34,488 bases of DNA from Perkinsus chesapeaki ATCC PRA-425. Lineage: Eukaryota > Protista > Perkinsozoa. Positions 9,929 to 21,247 of the stretch are shown piece by piece. Where the stretch lies: the NCBI GenBank assembly GCA_013115145.1, contig JAAPAO010000380.1, positions 1 to 34,488 of the forward strand, read 5' to 3'. The notes below the pieces were generated by a model. The model did no database searches, was not told where the DNA came from, and saw nothing but the letters and a program-made list of their open reading frames with translations. The position numbers and the translations under genes are program-made. Each line of letters starts with the position of its first letter. Position 1 is the first letter of the stretch.

Positions 9929-10925
9929 GCCACCTCAATGAGGTGACTTCATTACGGTATAACGCGTCCTGTCCGTCTTTTATCGACGCAACATTTTAGT
10001 AAATCTAAAGTAATCAACCCCTTTTAGTCGTATATCTAGCTTGTTCGCGTCAAGGTTCCCTGAAGGGGAGCTTTCAATGAGATCGTCCGTCAAGAGTAAT
10101 AAGTCGCCTATGCCGTTTTATGCTTCAACGTGCAGACGCGCATGCGTGTTTTGCTCGGGCCGAGCTAAGGCCGTTATTCATCAGCATATGTATCAGGGTC
10201 GTAGGTAGGCCCCCGTAACGAGGTTTAAGTGCTTTGGTTTGTTGAACTCCATCACATATTGGGCTCATTTTCCTATTGAGACCTTTGTGGTTTAGAGTTT
10301 AGTCCAGGGGGGCAGTTCTCATTGAGAACTTACTGAGCAAGTCTCTCAAGGTACTTTCGGATATCTTTCCTTCCCATCCTTGAGGTACCTCCGGAGGAGT
10401 CCTTCGGGAATCGCAGAGTCGAGGTGCGGTTTTGGGATAAACTGTGCTGGGTACACCCGGTCATCAGCATGCCTGACTCAGCACGTCGTGACACTAATCA
10501 GAAGCCTCTAGCGCTCTGGAAAACGTTTCAGTAGTTTGTAGCGCGCCAAATAGAGATCATTTTCAGTCTTCCTGGAAGTCTTTCAGTTGAGAAACCGGAC
10601 GGACTGCTTCTGAAATTTATTTCGTCCCATGTTATGAAAAGTATAGTATGTGGGGATCGAACCTGTGCCCTTGTACATAAGGAGACAGTTTAGCTCAAAG
10701 CGAAAATGGTAAACAAAAGTTGCTTCGCTCCGCTCAAAAATCCGCCGTGCTCCAAATGCAGCCACGGAGCTAGTGGTAAGTATCTAGCCTTTGTGATGGT
10801 ATGTGCTGATGTTGAATAAATCTTTCTATAAATACGAGGCACCCTCTCAGTGGAGTACAATCGCTCCTCTCAACTTGCTAGTTTAATTCGCATTTACTTC
10901 CTGTCCGAGAGGTTCAATGCAACGG

Positions 10926-11045
10926 GTATCTTCTGAGGTTGAATTTTCGAAATATCTTCGAGGTCGAAGTGAGGGCGTATCTTTAAGGTTGAAATGAGGA
11001 CGTATCTTCGAAGTTGAAATACGGCCGTATCTTTGAGGTCGGCTG
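10926..11045. repeat. five degenerate 25-26 bp direct repeats, core GTATCTTYGAGGTYGAA
   Basis: Units start at 10926, 10952, 10977, 11002 and 11027. Confidence 0.75.
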
Positions 11046-11155
11046 TGAACCCAGTAGTATCTTTCTGCCGACTGAAGCTTTTGTGTTACTTCATAATCAT
11101 CGTTGTCCCTCTCTAGTTTAGATTTGTTCATTTTCCTTTTATAAGTTACTGGGAA

Positions 11156-12519
11156 ATGTCGACTCCATCAAAGACAACCGAGACTCCCGCCCCCAAGGCC
11201 GACAGTCCCGCCGAGGCCCCCAAGCCCGCCGTCGTTGAGGCGGCTCACAAGGTCGCCGAGCCCAAGGAAGAAGAGCCTGCCAGCTGCCCGTTGGGAAAGT
11301 TTTCCCTTTTCTCATGGGAAAACCCGCTTCCCTCTGGTAAGCTGCGTCAGTTTATTTTCATATAATTGCTTTCTCAGGTATGCTTTACACTTTGTCGAAT
11401 GTTGCAATTTTGATATCCACCACCGAGGACCCTGCCGGATGGGCGGTCGCCTTCGCTATGTGGGTTGCCATCCCCGCTGGCCTTCTTTTCAAATTTAACG
11501 TGGTGCCTATCCCGGCCTGCTGCCCTCTTCGTGCGATTGCCAACATCGACCCTAAAAAGTAACGGGAAGCTAGGACTTCATTATGTGTACGCCCCCTTCG
11601 TTCTCAGGACCGCTGTTAGCCTCCACGCCAAGATGACATCTGTGGCATCTCAGATTTCCGATATCTTCCGATGGGAGAACGCCATGAAGTCCGCCCAGGT
11701 AAGGTTCTTGCCAGTCTTCTGGTCCATACATATTTTCAGGTCTTCGCGCTCTACTTGTTGGCACTCAAAATGTCCCAACAGTTCGGCTTCCGTACCTTGG
11801 CCTTCGTCACCGTCCAGGTTCTATTCTTGACCGTCCCGATCAGGAAGTTCATCGCGAAGAGGTCCGCCAACGGCTGTGCTCTCAAGTCGTTCTGCAATGA
11901 TACTGTCAAGCCGAAGCTCTGCTGCGCCAAAACTCAGGTTAAGGAGGCCGCGTCTAAGGTCCCTAAGGCGTCGATGGCCGAGCTCCGATCATGGGAGAAC
12001 CCCCAGGCTTCGGGTGTCGCCCTTGTATTGGCCAATATTGCGGTTATCTCCGTCTCTGCTGCCCTCTGCATGGCCGGCCACGTCCTTGCTAAGGTTGTTG
12101 TATTGGCTTTCGTTGTTTCTTTTGCGGCCAAGTCCTTCGGTATTGAACTTCCGAAGTGCTGTGCTTGTAGCCAGTGCGACGATAAGGTGTGCGAGGCCAA
12201 GCTCACCAAGGCTGTGACCTGCTTCCAGACTGCTATGGGACATGTTCGCGAGATTATTTTCTGGGAAGTCCCCGCTAAGAACGTGAACGCTATTCTTATG
12301 CTTTACGTCCTTTCCTTCGCTCTCAGTATCTTCGGCGCCACTGGCCTGGTTCTTATTGCCCTCAACTGTTACTCTCTAGTCCCTCTCGTGAAGAAGCAGC
12401 CTGCATATAAGGATAAGGTGCAGCCTGCCCTGGCCAAGGTGACTGAGGCCCTTAAGAAGGCCGAGGCTAAGGTCGCTGATATGCTTGAGCGCAAGCCAAA
12501 GTCAACGAAGTCTGAGTAG
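11156..12519 (+). CDS. reticulon-family ER-shaping protein with two tandem reticulon homology domains; 4 exons
   Basis: Exons 11156-11336, 11378-11558, 11608-11698 and 11740-12519; GT-AG introns of 41, 49 and 41 nt keep the frame. The motif pair occurs twice (FSWENPLPSG...DIFRWEN and LRSWENPQASG...EIIFWEV), each followed by long hydrophobic hairpins. Confidence 0.75.
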
Positions 12520-12672
12520 ATTGTTCTTGATAACATTCAAGTGTTAAGATTCCATCCCTGCTCATACTGTATATAAGACTTTACCCGCTGTTTTTATTGT
12601 TTGGTGTTTTCAATCGTCATGAGGACGTTCGGTTCCGCTCGGTGATGGATTGCCCGATTAGTTACGGTGCTC

Positions 12673-12870
12673 ATGTTGAGACTCTGCTTTGTATTCCTCC
12701 TTGCCTGCTCGGCTGCGGCGTGTGCAGATGGCGACCATTATTGCGAGTCCAAAAACGGCGCTGGCAGCCGATGCGTGCTTGGGTCACCCTGTATCGATCA
12801 TATCCAACAAGGTGGTTGCACTCCTGGCAAGACATCGTCGGAGACAGTTCATTGTGTTTGTTACTGTTGA
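12673..12870 (+). CDS. small secreted cysteine-rich peptide (65 aa from ATG 12673)
   Basis: Signal-like MLRLCFVFLLACSAAA followed by CADGDHYC-x9-C-x5-C-x8-C-x11-CVCYC*. There are 8 Cys after the likely cleavage site. Confidence 0.5.
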   Translation: MLRLCFVFLLACSAAACADGDHYCESKNGAGSRCVLGSPCIDHIQQGGCTPGKTSSETVHCVCYC

Positions 12871-13000
12871 ATCAACAGTGTTGGTGTCTTTTACTCCAAC
12901 TGATTTAACTATTCAATAGTACCTTCTCAATCTGAAAGTCTTCGGTTTGCGATGGCGTTCATCGATTGTGCATTCCGCAGGTTAAATCAAGTTTTATCGA

Positions 13001-14049
13001 ATGGCTTCTCACTTCAGTGCCATTCCGTCGAACGAAAACAACATCGACGACATGAAAACTCAGCCACCTGTTCACCTCCTCTCCTCCGAGCACTTCTACT
13101 ACAAGTCGGGGCTGCTGGAGACCCTTGCAAGCCTTTACGGCTTGCTCCCGTTGAATACGGTCATGCCTTCACCAGAGGCATCGGGCTTTTCCCGTGGACT
13201 TGAAGCGCGCATGTGGGATAGGAATCGTCTCTACAAAACCAAGGTAACTAACGTGCTTTTGCGTTTTAACCATATTATTGCTATCCACTATTATTGTCAT
13301 TTATTATTGCTATCCACTATTATTGTCATTTATTATTGTTATCCACTTANNNNNNNNNNNNNNNNNNNNNNNNNNNNNNNNNNNNNNNNNNNNNNNNNNN
13401 NNNNNNNNNNNNNNNNNNNNNNNNNNNNNNNNNNNNNNNNNNNNNNNTTATTGCTATCCACTATTATTGTCATTTATTATTGCTATCCACTATTATTGNN
13501 NNNNNNNNNNNNNNNNNNNNNNNNNNNNNNNNNNNNNNNNNNNNNNNNNNNNNNNNNNNNNNNNNNNNNNNNNNNNNNNNNNNNNNNNNNNNNNNNNNTC
13601 ATTTATTATTGTTATCCACTATTATTGTCATTTATTATTGTTATCCACTATTATTGTCATTTATTATTGTTATCCACTATTATTGTCATTTATTATTGTT
13701 CGTTATCATTGTTCTTTAGGTATGTCGCTACTTCCTTCGCGGTAAATGCAAGTTTGGTGAAAATTGTTCGTACGCGCATCGGACCACTGAACTCCAGGCA
13801 CGACCAGACTTCTATAAAACGAAGATGTGCAATAAGCCGAAATGCACGAACAAGGCCTGTCCATATGCCCACTCTATCTACGAGCTACGTGACCCTCCGG
13901 ATTCGGTTGATTATATTTTCTACCCAGAAGATTTGCAGCCCCATTGTAATGATGTTAACTACCCAGATGTTTTTAGTCGAACGATGACTAAGGAGCTGCA
14001 AAATATCGCTCGTTTCGAGCACCAACAACTTGGCCAATATTTTGCTTAA
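13001..14049 (+). CDS. tandem CCCH zinc-finger (TTP/TIS11-like) RNA-binding protein, paralogue 1; 2 exons
   Basis: Exon 13001-13243 ends RLYKTK; intron 13244-13719 contains a minisatellite and N gaps. Exon 13720-14049 begins VCRYFLRGKCKFGENCSYAH...FYKTKMCNKPKCTNKACPYAH. Confidence 0.85.
13273..13700. repeat. 29-bp AT-rich intronic minisatellite with two assembly gaps
   Basis: Unit TATTATTGTCATTTATTATTGYTATCCAC; N runs at 13350-13447 and 13499-13598. Confidence 0.95.
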
Positions 14050-16195
14050 TATCTTTCATTATTTCTTACTAAAGCGTGTCCTTAAAATAGCTTATTATAA
14101 GTTGTTTGTATTATTGTACCTCGTTTGTTGTTACCCTAATACAAAAGTTAATAATTGTGTACTGATGTTAGCACAGCTCATTTCGACAATAACGCTTTCT
14201 ATTGTCGAGACGCCATGGTTCTCTATGGTTTTTCCGAGTACGTGCTTTTCGCCTGCCGTACTTGATATTATCGCTTATTCCTTTCCAATGAATTGTTCTC
14301 ATGTTGCGGGGTTTATTGCTCATCAGTCTTTAGTTGTTAATGACATTAAGTCGTTAGTTATATAAGAGACAGCGCAACGCTACTTCTGCTACGAGCTCGG
14401 AGCCGCTGCGCGCGAACTAATTTTGAACGTTCGTCACATGGCTCTAAAATTTTGTATAGAAACTCCCTTACCATCGTTCATCATACATTACCATATGAAC
14501 AACATGGATGTATAATAGTTCAAGTCGAGTTGGCAGAAAGACCAATAGGGAACCTCTAGCGAAGACAAAGCGACGGATTGTACACTTAATAAGTCTGTCT
14601 GTTGTGGTGGATATCATGATGTCCCATAAGTTACACTACATAGTGTGATGTAAATGAAGTGCTGTCGTTTCTATTGTTGACTGATTCGAGTTTATAAAAG
14701 CTGAGCCAAGATTTGATGGTGTACAACGAGCAAATACAGCTAGTTCACCTGCACTTAACTTGTATCAAGCACTATCTGCCAAGACTGACTTGCTGAAGTG
14801 CCCTAAGGAGCCACTTGAATAACGAGAAAGATCTTGTTCGCATTACGTATGCGAATGCGCTACGCGCACCCTAAGATTCATATTGTATATCGCTCGCCCA
14901 CCGTTTTGTGATAATCCCTGCATGATGATAAGAATTTCTAAGAGTTATCATTGGCTCAGTCCTCTCTATTGAGTTAGTGATGTCTAATACCCGTGAACAG
15001 ATCTCTTGATCTCCCACCAACAGAGGGCTCCAGGAGAGAGCACCCTGTAATGGTAAGCAATTCTCAAAAATCATTTCACCTTTCCCAAACGGACTAACGG
15101 TCGATGCGCACGTTAAGTTGTGTAAAATACAACTGTTCTACAAGCACCCATGACAATACCGATCACAACGTAAAGGTTACTCATTTCACTTATCGGGAAA
15201 CGCCTTGTCATCAGGTGTTGTTCCCAGAGACATGACAGCCGTCGCGCCGTCACGCAAGGCATGGAGCCACCTCGGAAGCATGCAATAAACTTCTGCCTTG
15301 GACAGTTATTTTATAAAGTGTCGTACGGTACACTTATAGCCCAACATATAACCACCAAGTATCATTGATAATCTACCATTCTGATACCATCGCTGTTCCC
15401 AACCATCTCTGAACCGTCTGCGGTGATACAGCATTACGATGTCGGAGACGGTGACGTAGCATTACGTGGAGCCCTTCTGTATTCAGCAACTAGCCAGATA
15501 AATGAATGTCGTTATCCCACGCTACTCAGAACCAGTTGCTTGAGACGGAAAATCACAGTTTGCGAACGTATTTGGGTGCGTACTGTTACAACACCAGGGG
15601 TGTTCTTTCCACAGAAGGGCACTTCCGCAGCTCATGCAGATTTCTGTATCCGTGGCGCGTTCCGGAGATACACTGTCGGTATGTCACATACACTAAAGTA
15701 GTGCATAACCATGATTCGGGTTGAAAAGAATCTCCACTCAGCTTGATGTTCCGGTTTCTGGCAGTCTTGTTGGCAAATAGACTGCGGAGTGGGTGAATTC
15801 AGCAACGTTTTGTTTGCCGAAATGTCCCTAGCCTACCACTAGTGGTGGAGGACAGCTAAACCGTGTTGAGCCTGCCTTTTCGCCTTATACAGGCAACCGT
15901 GTTTGTGTCGGAAACGGTATGACGTTCGATACCAACGACATTCTTAGGGGATGTCGTAAAGCTGCTTCATTCCCATGAGTGAGGGACCTCCTCTACCCGA
16001 CAGAGTATGTTTGATCAATCATAGATCAATGCGGCTTTCTGGTTCGGTAATAGCATTTCTCACATAGATTCGTCTACCACGAAGTTGATACACATGTGTG
16101 GCAGTTGCTCGCTCAGGCCGATGCCTTGGTGAAGCATACCTGGTGCTTCCTGTATGAGTCTACGCCTATTTCTTTGGAAGGCTTTATCATTTGAA

Positions 16196-16768
16196 ATGTT
16201 CTCCACCAGAAACACCTACAGCGCCCAACCCCACGCGTGGGGTTTCTTTCCACGGCCGCTCCCGCACCAGGTTCCCATGGCTCGGCTGCCGAAGGCCCCA
16301 GCGCCATACTATTCGAACACAGATCTTCCGGTATTTCAGCTACAACCACTGGTCCAGCAAGGAGGCGCTGAGCGAAATTCGTGGGATAAGGAACGTCTCC
16401 ATAAGACTAAGGTGAGAGTTGCTCTATTGTGGTTTCATCACTAGCAGCTCATCCTATTTCAGATGTGTACCTACTTCCTCCGTGGTAAATGTAAGTTCGG
16501 CAAGGAGTGTTCGTACGCTCACGGGAGCACTGAACTCCAGGCCAGACCCAACTTCTATAAGACCAAAATGTGCAATAAGCCCAAATGCAACAACTGGGCT
16601 TGCCCATATGCCCATTCTATCTACGAGCTGCGGGATCCTCCACCTTCCACTAATACTATTATCAAACCCGATAATCTGGGTCGTCGCTATGCTAACAAAT
16701 GTCCACTTGTCCATGTCCCATCAACTACTACCACTGGCGGGCTACCATTCATCGGCTCAAGCGTCTAA
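16196..16768 (+). CDS. tandem CCCH zinc-finger protein, paralogue 2; 2 exons
   Basis: First exon ends ERLHKTK at 16411, intron 16412-16462 (51 nt, same position as paralogue 1), exon 16463-16768 MCTYFLRGKCKFGKECSYAH...CNKPKCNNWACPYAH. Start could be 16154 or 16196. Confidence 0.85.
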
Positions 16769-19089
16769 CACGATTTTTAGTCTTATGGCGAAGATTCCTG
16801 AGATTGCCGCCGGTTACCCCTACGGACTTTTACAAGACATGCTTTGTTGCTTGTAAGATTGCTTCTTTAACCTTACGATATAATATCACTATAAAAACCA
16901 ATTGTTACGCGTGTATAGGCTTGCTCTGTATACGTCGCTCAGCCGCTGGACGGCTCTTCCAGCATTTCGGTGGGTCTGAGCATGTTCGCTACCTTTGTAG
17001 GCACGTGCTAAACGTGTCGCCTCACTCACAACTGTCTGTCCGCTAGGCATGTGAGATTTTCTCTGAAGCTACAAGTTAATTTCCGTGCCCGCGGGCAGGT
17101 TGTCGCGTTAGTAACTGAAGTATGATCGAACGAGGATAGTTTGCACAGCTAAGCTGTGAACAAACCACGACCACGAGTCGTTGGCGTATCTGGATTGGTG
17201 GGATTCTATCTCAGAATCGGAGTTCCGGGCTCCAACCACAGTACTTCTCTTCCCACTTCCCTTACTAACACTACTTTCCTCAGAGGTTGTCATTGAAATA
17301 GTATAAGTCAATCACAGATCTCTAGTATCACACTAGACAGATAAGAGGCTACAAGAAGTAGGATAACAAAAGCTGAGCAATACTAGCGCACAAGTGAACA
17401 ATCGATCAAATGGGCGAGCGAGATATTGTCTGCGCAGATACACTATTAGTCACAGTATTAATACAATGTACAGGCGACATAGCAATTTTGCTTGCAGGAT
17501 GGACGCTAATGATGCCATTTGCTCCAAAATCAATCCTAGGAACTTTCAATACTCGTTCTTGGACAAGCCGGGGACCTCTGTTTGTACAAGTAATCCTTGC
17601 CAGCCGTAAAGCGTGGGCCTCGCCGTGCTGGCATCACTAATACCCGCATTACTCCTCAATGGGGGATACCCACATGGAAATTTCCGGAAAGAAAGAACAG
17701 CGTTTGCTAATAGGATCTCAGTAGATTTTTTACTAACTATCGAGTTGCCATGAGCGATATGCTCCTGCTCACCAATGTCGAAGAAATTATTTGAAATAAT
17801 CCGACCCGAATCTGCAGAAGTAGGAGCTGATTCACAGGGGCTGTGACACAGCTTCGCTGTGATACTGTCTAGCTGCTAAACCATAGCGATCGAGGTGCAG
17901 CCCGCGCTGTGCAGAGTCATGGTCAGCTCCGACCTGACCAGGTCGCACCATCGCAAGACTCTGGGGCTCGAAGTCTGCCATGGGCATTGAAGAACGGGGT
18001 CGTATGAGACATCCGCCTTCCGCAATCTCCCTGATATCCAACCGCATCTTCAATAGCTCTCTGGTTGCCTTGTACTGAAACCCCGGGTTTCTGTTTGACG
18101 CTATCAATGAGTCCCAGTAGATAGAAGCTTTTCATGTTGCCGAAACAAAACCGCCGATTCTGCTTGAGGTCCCGAGCGTCGGACCGCGCTGCGCGGCGCT
18201 CAAAGTGCCGGCGTGACGGTAATTGGTGGTCTACCAGCGGCCAGCAGAGTCTGCTGGGCAGACCAACAAGGCTTGCTGAGAAAGTCGGAAGAGAGAGAAC
18301 CTCTCTCAGATAGAGGGTAAAGAATTCTGTGTTGCCCCTGATACCTACCGCTGTTAGGCCAGGCGATGCGCCGTTGGTACCACTCTCTATGAGAGGGTCC
18401 CTAAGCCGCTTAGACTAAGCGCTAATGATCTTCCATCCCCGTGCTTAAGGTCATTAAGTCAAGAAGTACCTCGCTCTTCTCAGAGAGAATTCATATGCCA
18501 TCGATACCCTGGATCGTTTGCGTAGTGAGTATATCTGCGCTGGGGATGTCGACGACACAGCCTTACTCAGCCTTGCGCAGAAACCGATTTTACGGAAGTC
18601 CCAAAAGAATTTCTGGTCCCGAAATTCGGTGACATAGAATTTAACGAAATGGCGGCGTTGATATTCGCGGAAGCTGCACCGAATTTAATTAGGTGACAAT
18701 GTCACCGTGACATAATGACAGTGAATCAGTGCATAGGCGACAAAAAACAGTAAAACAAGGAGGCACCATCATCTCAACTTAATATAATGCCACGAAAGTG
18801 TAGTTATGAAAACATTACTAGGAAAATTTAACTTTCATCCATGCGGAAGTATCGCATTAATGAAAGTGCGAGAACTGGAGAATAAGCCTTCTGTCGTATC
18901 GAACGAGGCTAACAAACGCTAGTGACAGATTACTAGATGATTTCCTAGATCAGATTTCGAGAGTCTACTCGATGTCGAAAGGCATAATTTATGCCGCATA
19001 AAATTGCTCTTGCGAGCCTAATTCAGATCAGCTAATTCATTCGCAATTTTCCTTAGGTCTATGCGATGCAAGTTGCATCAGCTGATGAT

Positions 19090-19270
19090 GATCATGCAGC
19101 GTATCACGATGAAGGGGACACAACATCACGGACTTGACCCTATCCTGACGCATAGCGCTCTCCAGGCGGCCAATGGCACTCAAACTCCGCTCAGCCTCAC
19201 ACGAGGTTGGAGGAATAGTTACCAGACGCCACATGAAACTTTCATGATGAAAGACTGTGGGAAAGGTTCC
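19090..19270 (-). mobile_element. hAT transposase remnant (C-terminal dimerisation domain)
   Basis: FPTV...LVTIPPTSCEAERSLSAIGRLESAMRQDRVKSVMLCPLHRD matches the hAT dimerisation pattern TIP.TS..AERSFS.L.RL...MRQDRL..L.LL..HRD. Confidence 0.8.
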
Positions 19271-20548
19271 GCGACTGACCGTTCTATTCTCTGATTGAGA
19301 CTTCGGGTGAGTCCCTCTCAACCAGTTATAAAAATCATGCACACACATAAGCTTGACGTCTCGATCACTTAGAACCTACGTCTTAGATGGTCGTGTAAGG
19401 ACGCAATCTCTCTTTCCAAACGCTTGACATTGATATCGTCTGACGATGATCGTCATCATACTGCTCGATGACTAACTTTTTGATAGATGAGAGTTCAAGA
19501 GCGCAGAAACAGTTCAACAGAAGGGTAGAACAGGGAGAAACCGTTGTGTTCGGCGAACGGGGGGCATGCGCCTCCTCTGCACCCTCATACTTGGTGCCTA
19601 TGATTCAGTGACAGGGTTTGAACGTCGGAATCTCTCATGGCTTACAAACACTACGAACCCAACAAGGATGACTATTCTCAAGGGGAGGAACAAGCGGAGT
19701 TTGTTCAGCCGTCCCATGTCGTGTAGACTGCGAGGAATACTTTGAGAGTCCCCACGATCCTGGGCCACGATCATGGAAACAAGCAAAGGCAGGCTGCCTT
19801 TGGCAGCGGTCATCGCTGGCACTTTTACATCAGGGATATATTTTCGAGTAATTGAATTACTCCGAATTACTGCGTTAGTGCTACTCTCGAAGTCCAATAC
19901 TATGTTGCCAATATCCAACCCGACTCCGAAGGGATACAAGCACTAACAGACAAGTAACTTACTTGAAGTAAGTACCAAAAGTTTTGTAAATTCTAGATGT
20001 TCCGTCTAGGAAACGTGAGATGATGTGGGATCCATAATTGTTGCTCTTGAAGTGTACCCCAGCGACCTGGGCGAATAAAGTGGGGCAAGTGCGAAACGTG
20101 CCGTCACAGTAAATTCTCGTTGATGTTTTCAAGGTCAGAGTTTTACCCGACCGAACTTACGGACCTAAGGCTGCGTAAGGTCTTCGACTTGAGGCAATGT
20201 GAGTTACCGGAACGGTTTGTTCGGGTGTACCGTGACCGCATAAATTGGGCGCCCAACCAAACGCACAGTTGAGCTGGCGAACTCTTCGGCGGCTACTAGC
20301 CGCAAACTCAACAAGAGATGATACCTAGTCAAATAATCCTATAATCATTCAGCTGGATGAACCAGGCTGGTTCACACCACGCAGCGTCACTGCCTCCGCC
20401 CGAAGTTCGTTGTAACACCTGACCTTACCAAATCACTTAGGAAGTAGCAAATTTACACTCAGTCTAAGTGTGTTTTTGTCTTCTACTGAGTGAGTAGAGC
20501 GGAAAGCTTTCAAATTAGAGGCTGATGATTAGAGTCTAATCACATGCC

Positions 20549-21100
20549 CTAACACTTTCTTGTTCGCAAGTTCAGAACTTGAAGTTCTGATGGCGAGGAC
20601 AATATGGTCTCCTCGATCCCCGCGGCCAACGGTGTAATCGGCACCATTAGGTACGTTTCCGGTAGGTGATTCACCGTTCTAATTAACACAACACGGTGGG
20701 CAAGGGAGTTTGACAAGAGCCATAGATGTATGTTCAGAAGCCAACAGTTACCAACTCGAGCCACATCGTCCGCATTCCTCCTTGTTCAACAAAGTTTGTT
20801 AGTATCCTCGCCAACATCTCAAATCACCCCGGTGTCAACAATTAGTAGGGGATCTCTAATAGTCATGACTACAACGCAACGCACCGGAGAACCACTCGAC
20901 ATTGCCGCTCAGCCGAACCATGGGTCCAAGTGGACACAGGTAAGCCGGATTCACTCGGCCACATGCTTTTCTGCAGGGGTTGTGCCGAATGCGCTCCTTG
21001 TTGCGCAAATTATTTCCGCAATTCCACTATGCACAAATTGTGCACCACAATGTTTGTCGCTACTGCTAGTAGCAGTCTGCTACAGTCCATTCGTTCCCCC
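20549..21100 (-). mobile_element. degenerate LTR-retrotransposon gag-protease remnant
   Basis: Minus strand has a Cys-rich knuckle-like CRKACGRVNPAYLCP followed by LLIVDTG (retropepsin D-T-G) at ~20825-20850. Many stops and footprint insertions. Confidence 0.4.
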
Positions 21101-21247
21101 GATCAACATCCCTCGACATGGGATATTTTCTCTCTTACCTCGAAATGTATACAAACGCCCTCAACAGTTGAGGCTCAACTGAGCAACGCAACACATCCAA
21201 GCTGATAACATGCAAATTACTTATAGTGGAAACAACATCAGCAGCCT

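Larger units (their letters stand above)
18242..21180. other. cluster of ten 7+8+7 footprints
   Basis: Exact copies start at 18692, 19951, 20567, 21062 and 21159; one mismatch at 18242, 18400, 19434 and 21030; two mismatches at 20780. Confidence 0.85.

Noticed and set aside
13001-13987. 328-aa ORF and the Ile/Tyr/Cys-rich ORFs at 13278 and 13294
   Set aside because: They read through an intronic minisatellite and N gaps; splicing gives the CCCH protein instead.
16790-16860. LRLPPVTPTDFYKTCFVAC as a third CCCH lead-in
   Set aside because: No following C-C-C-H spacing and no convincing in-phase splice junction.
6893-20542. Single 8-bp-arm, 1-nt-loop palindromes at 6893, 10314, 19846 and 20526
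   Set aside because: They lack the third segment, so they were not counted as 7+8+7 footprints, although they may be one-sided versions.
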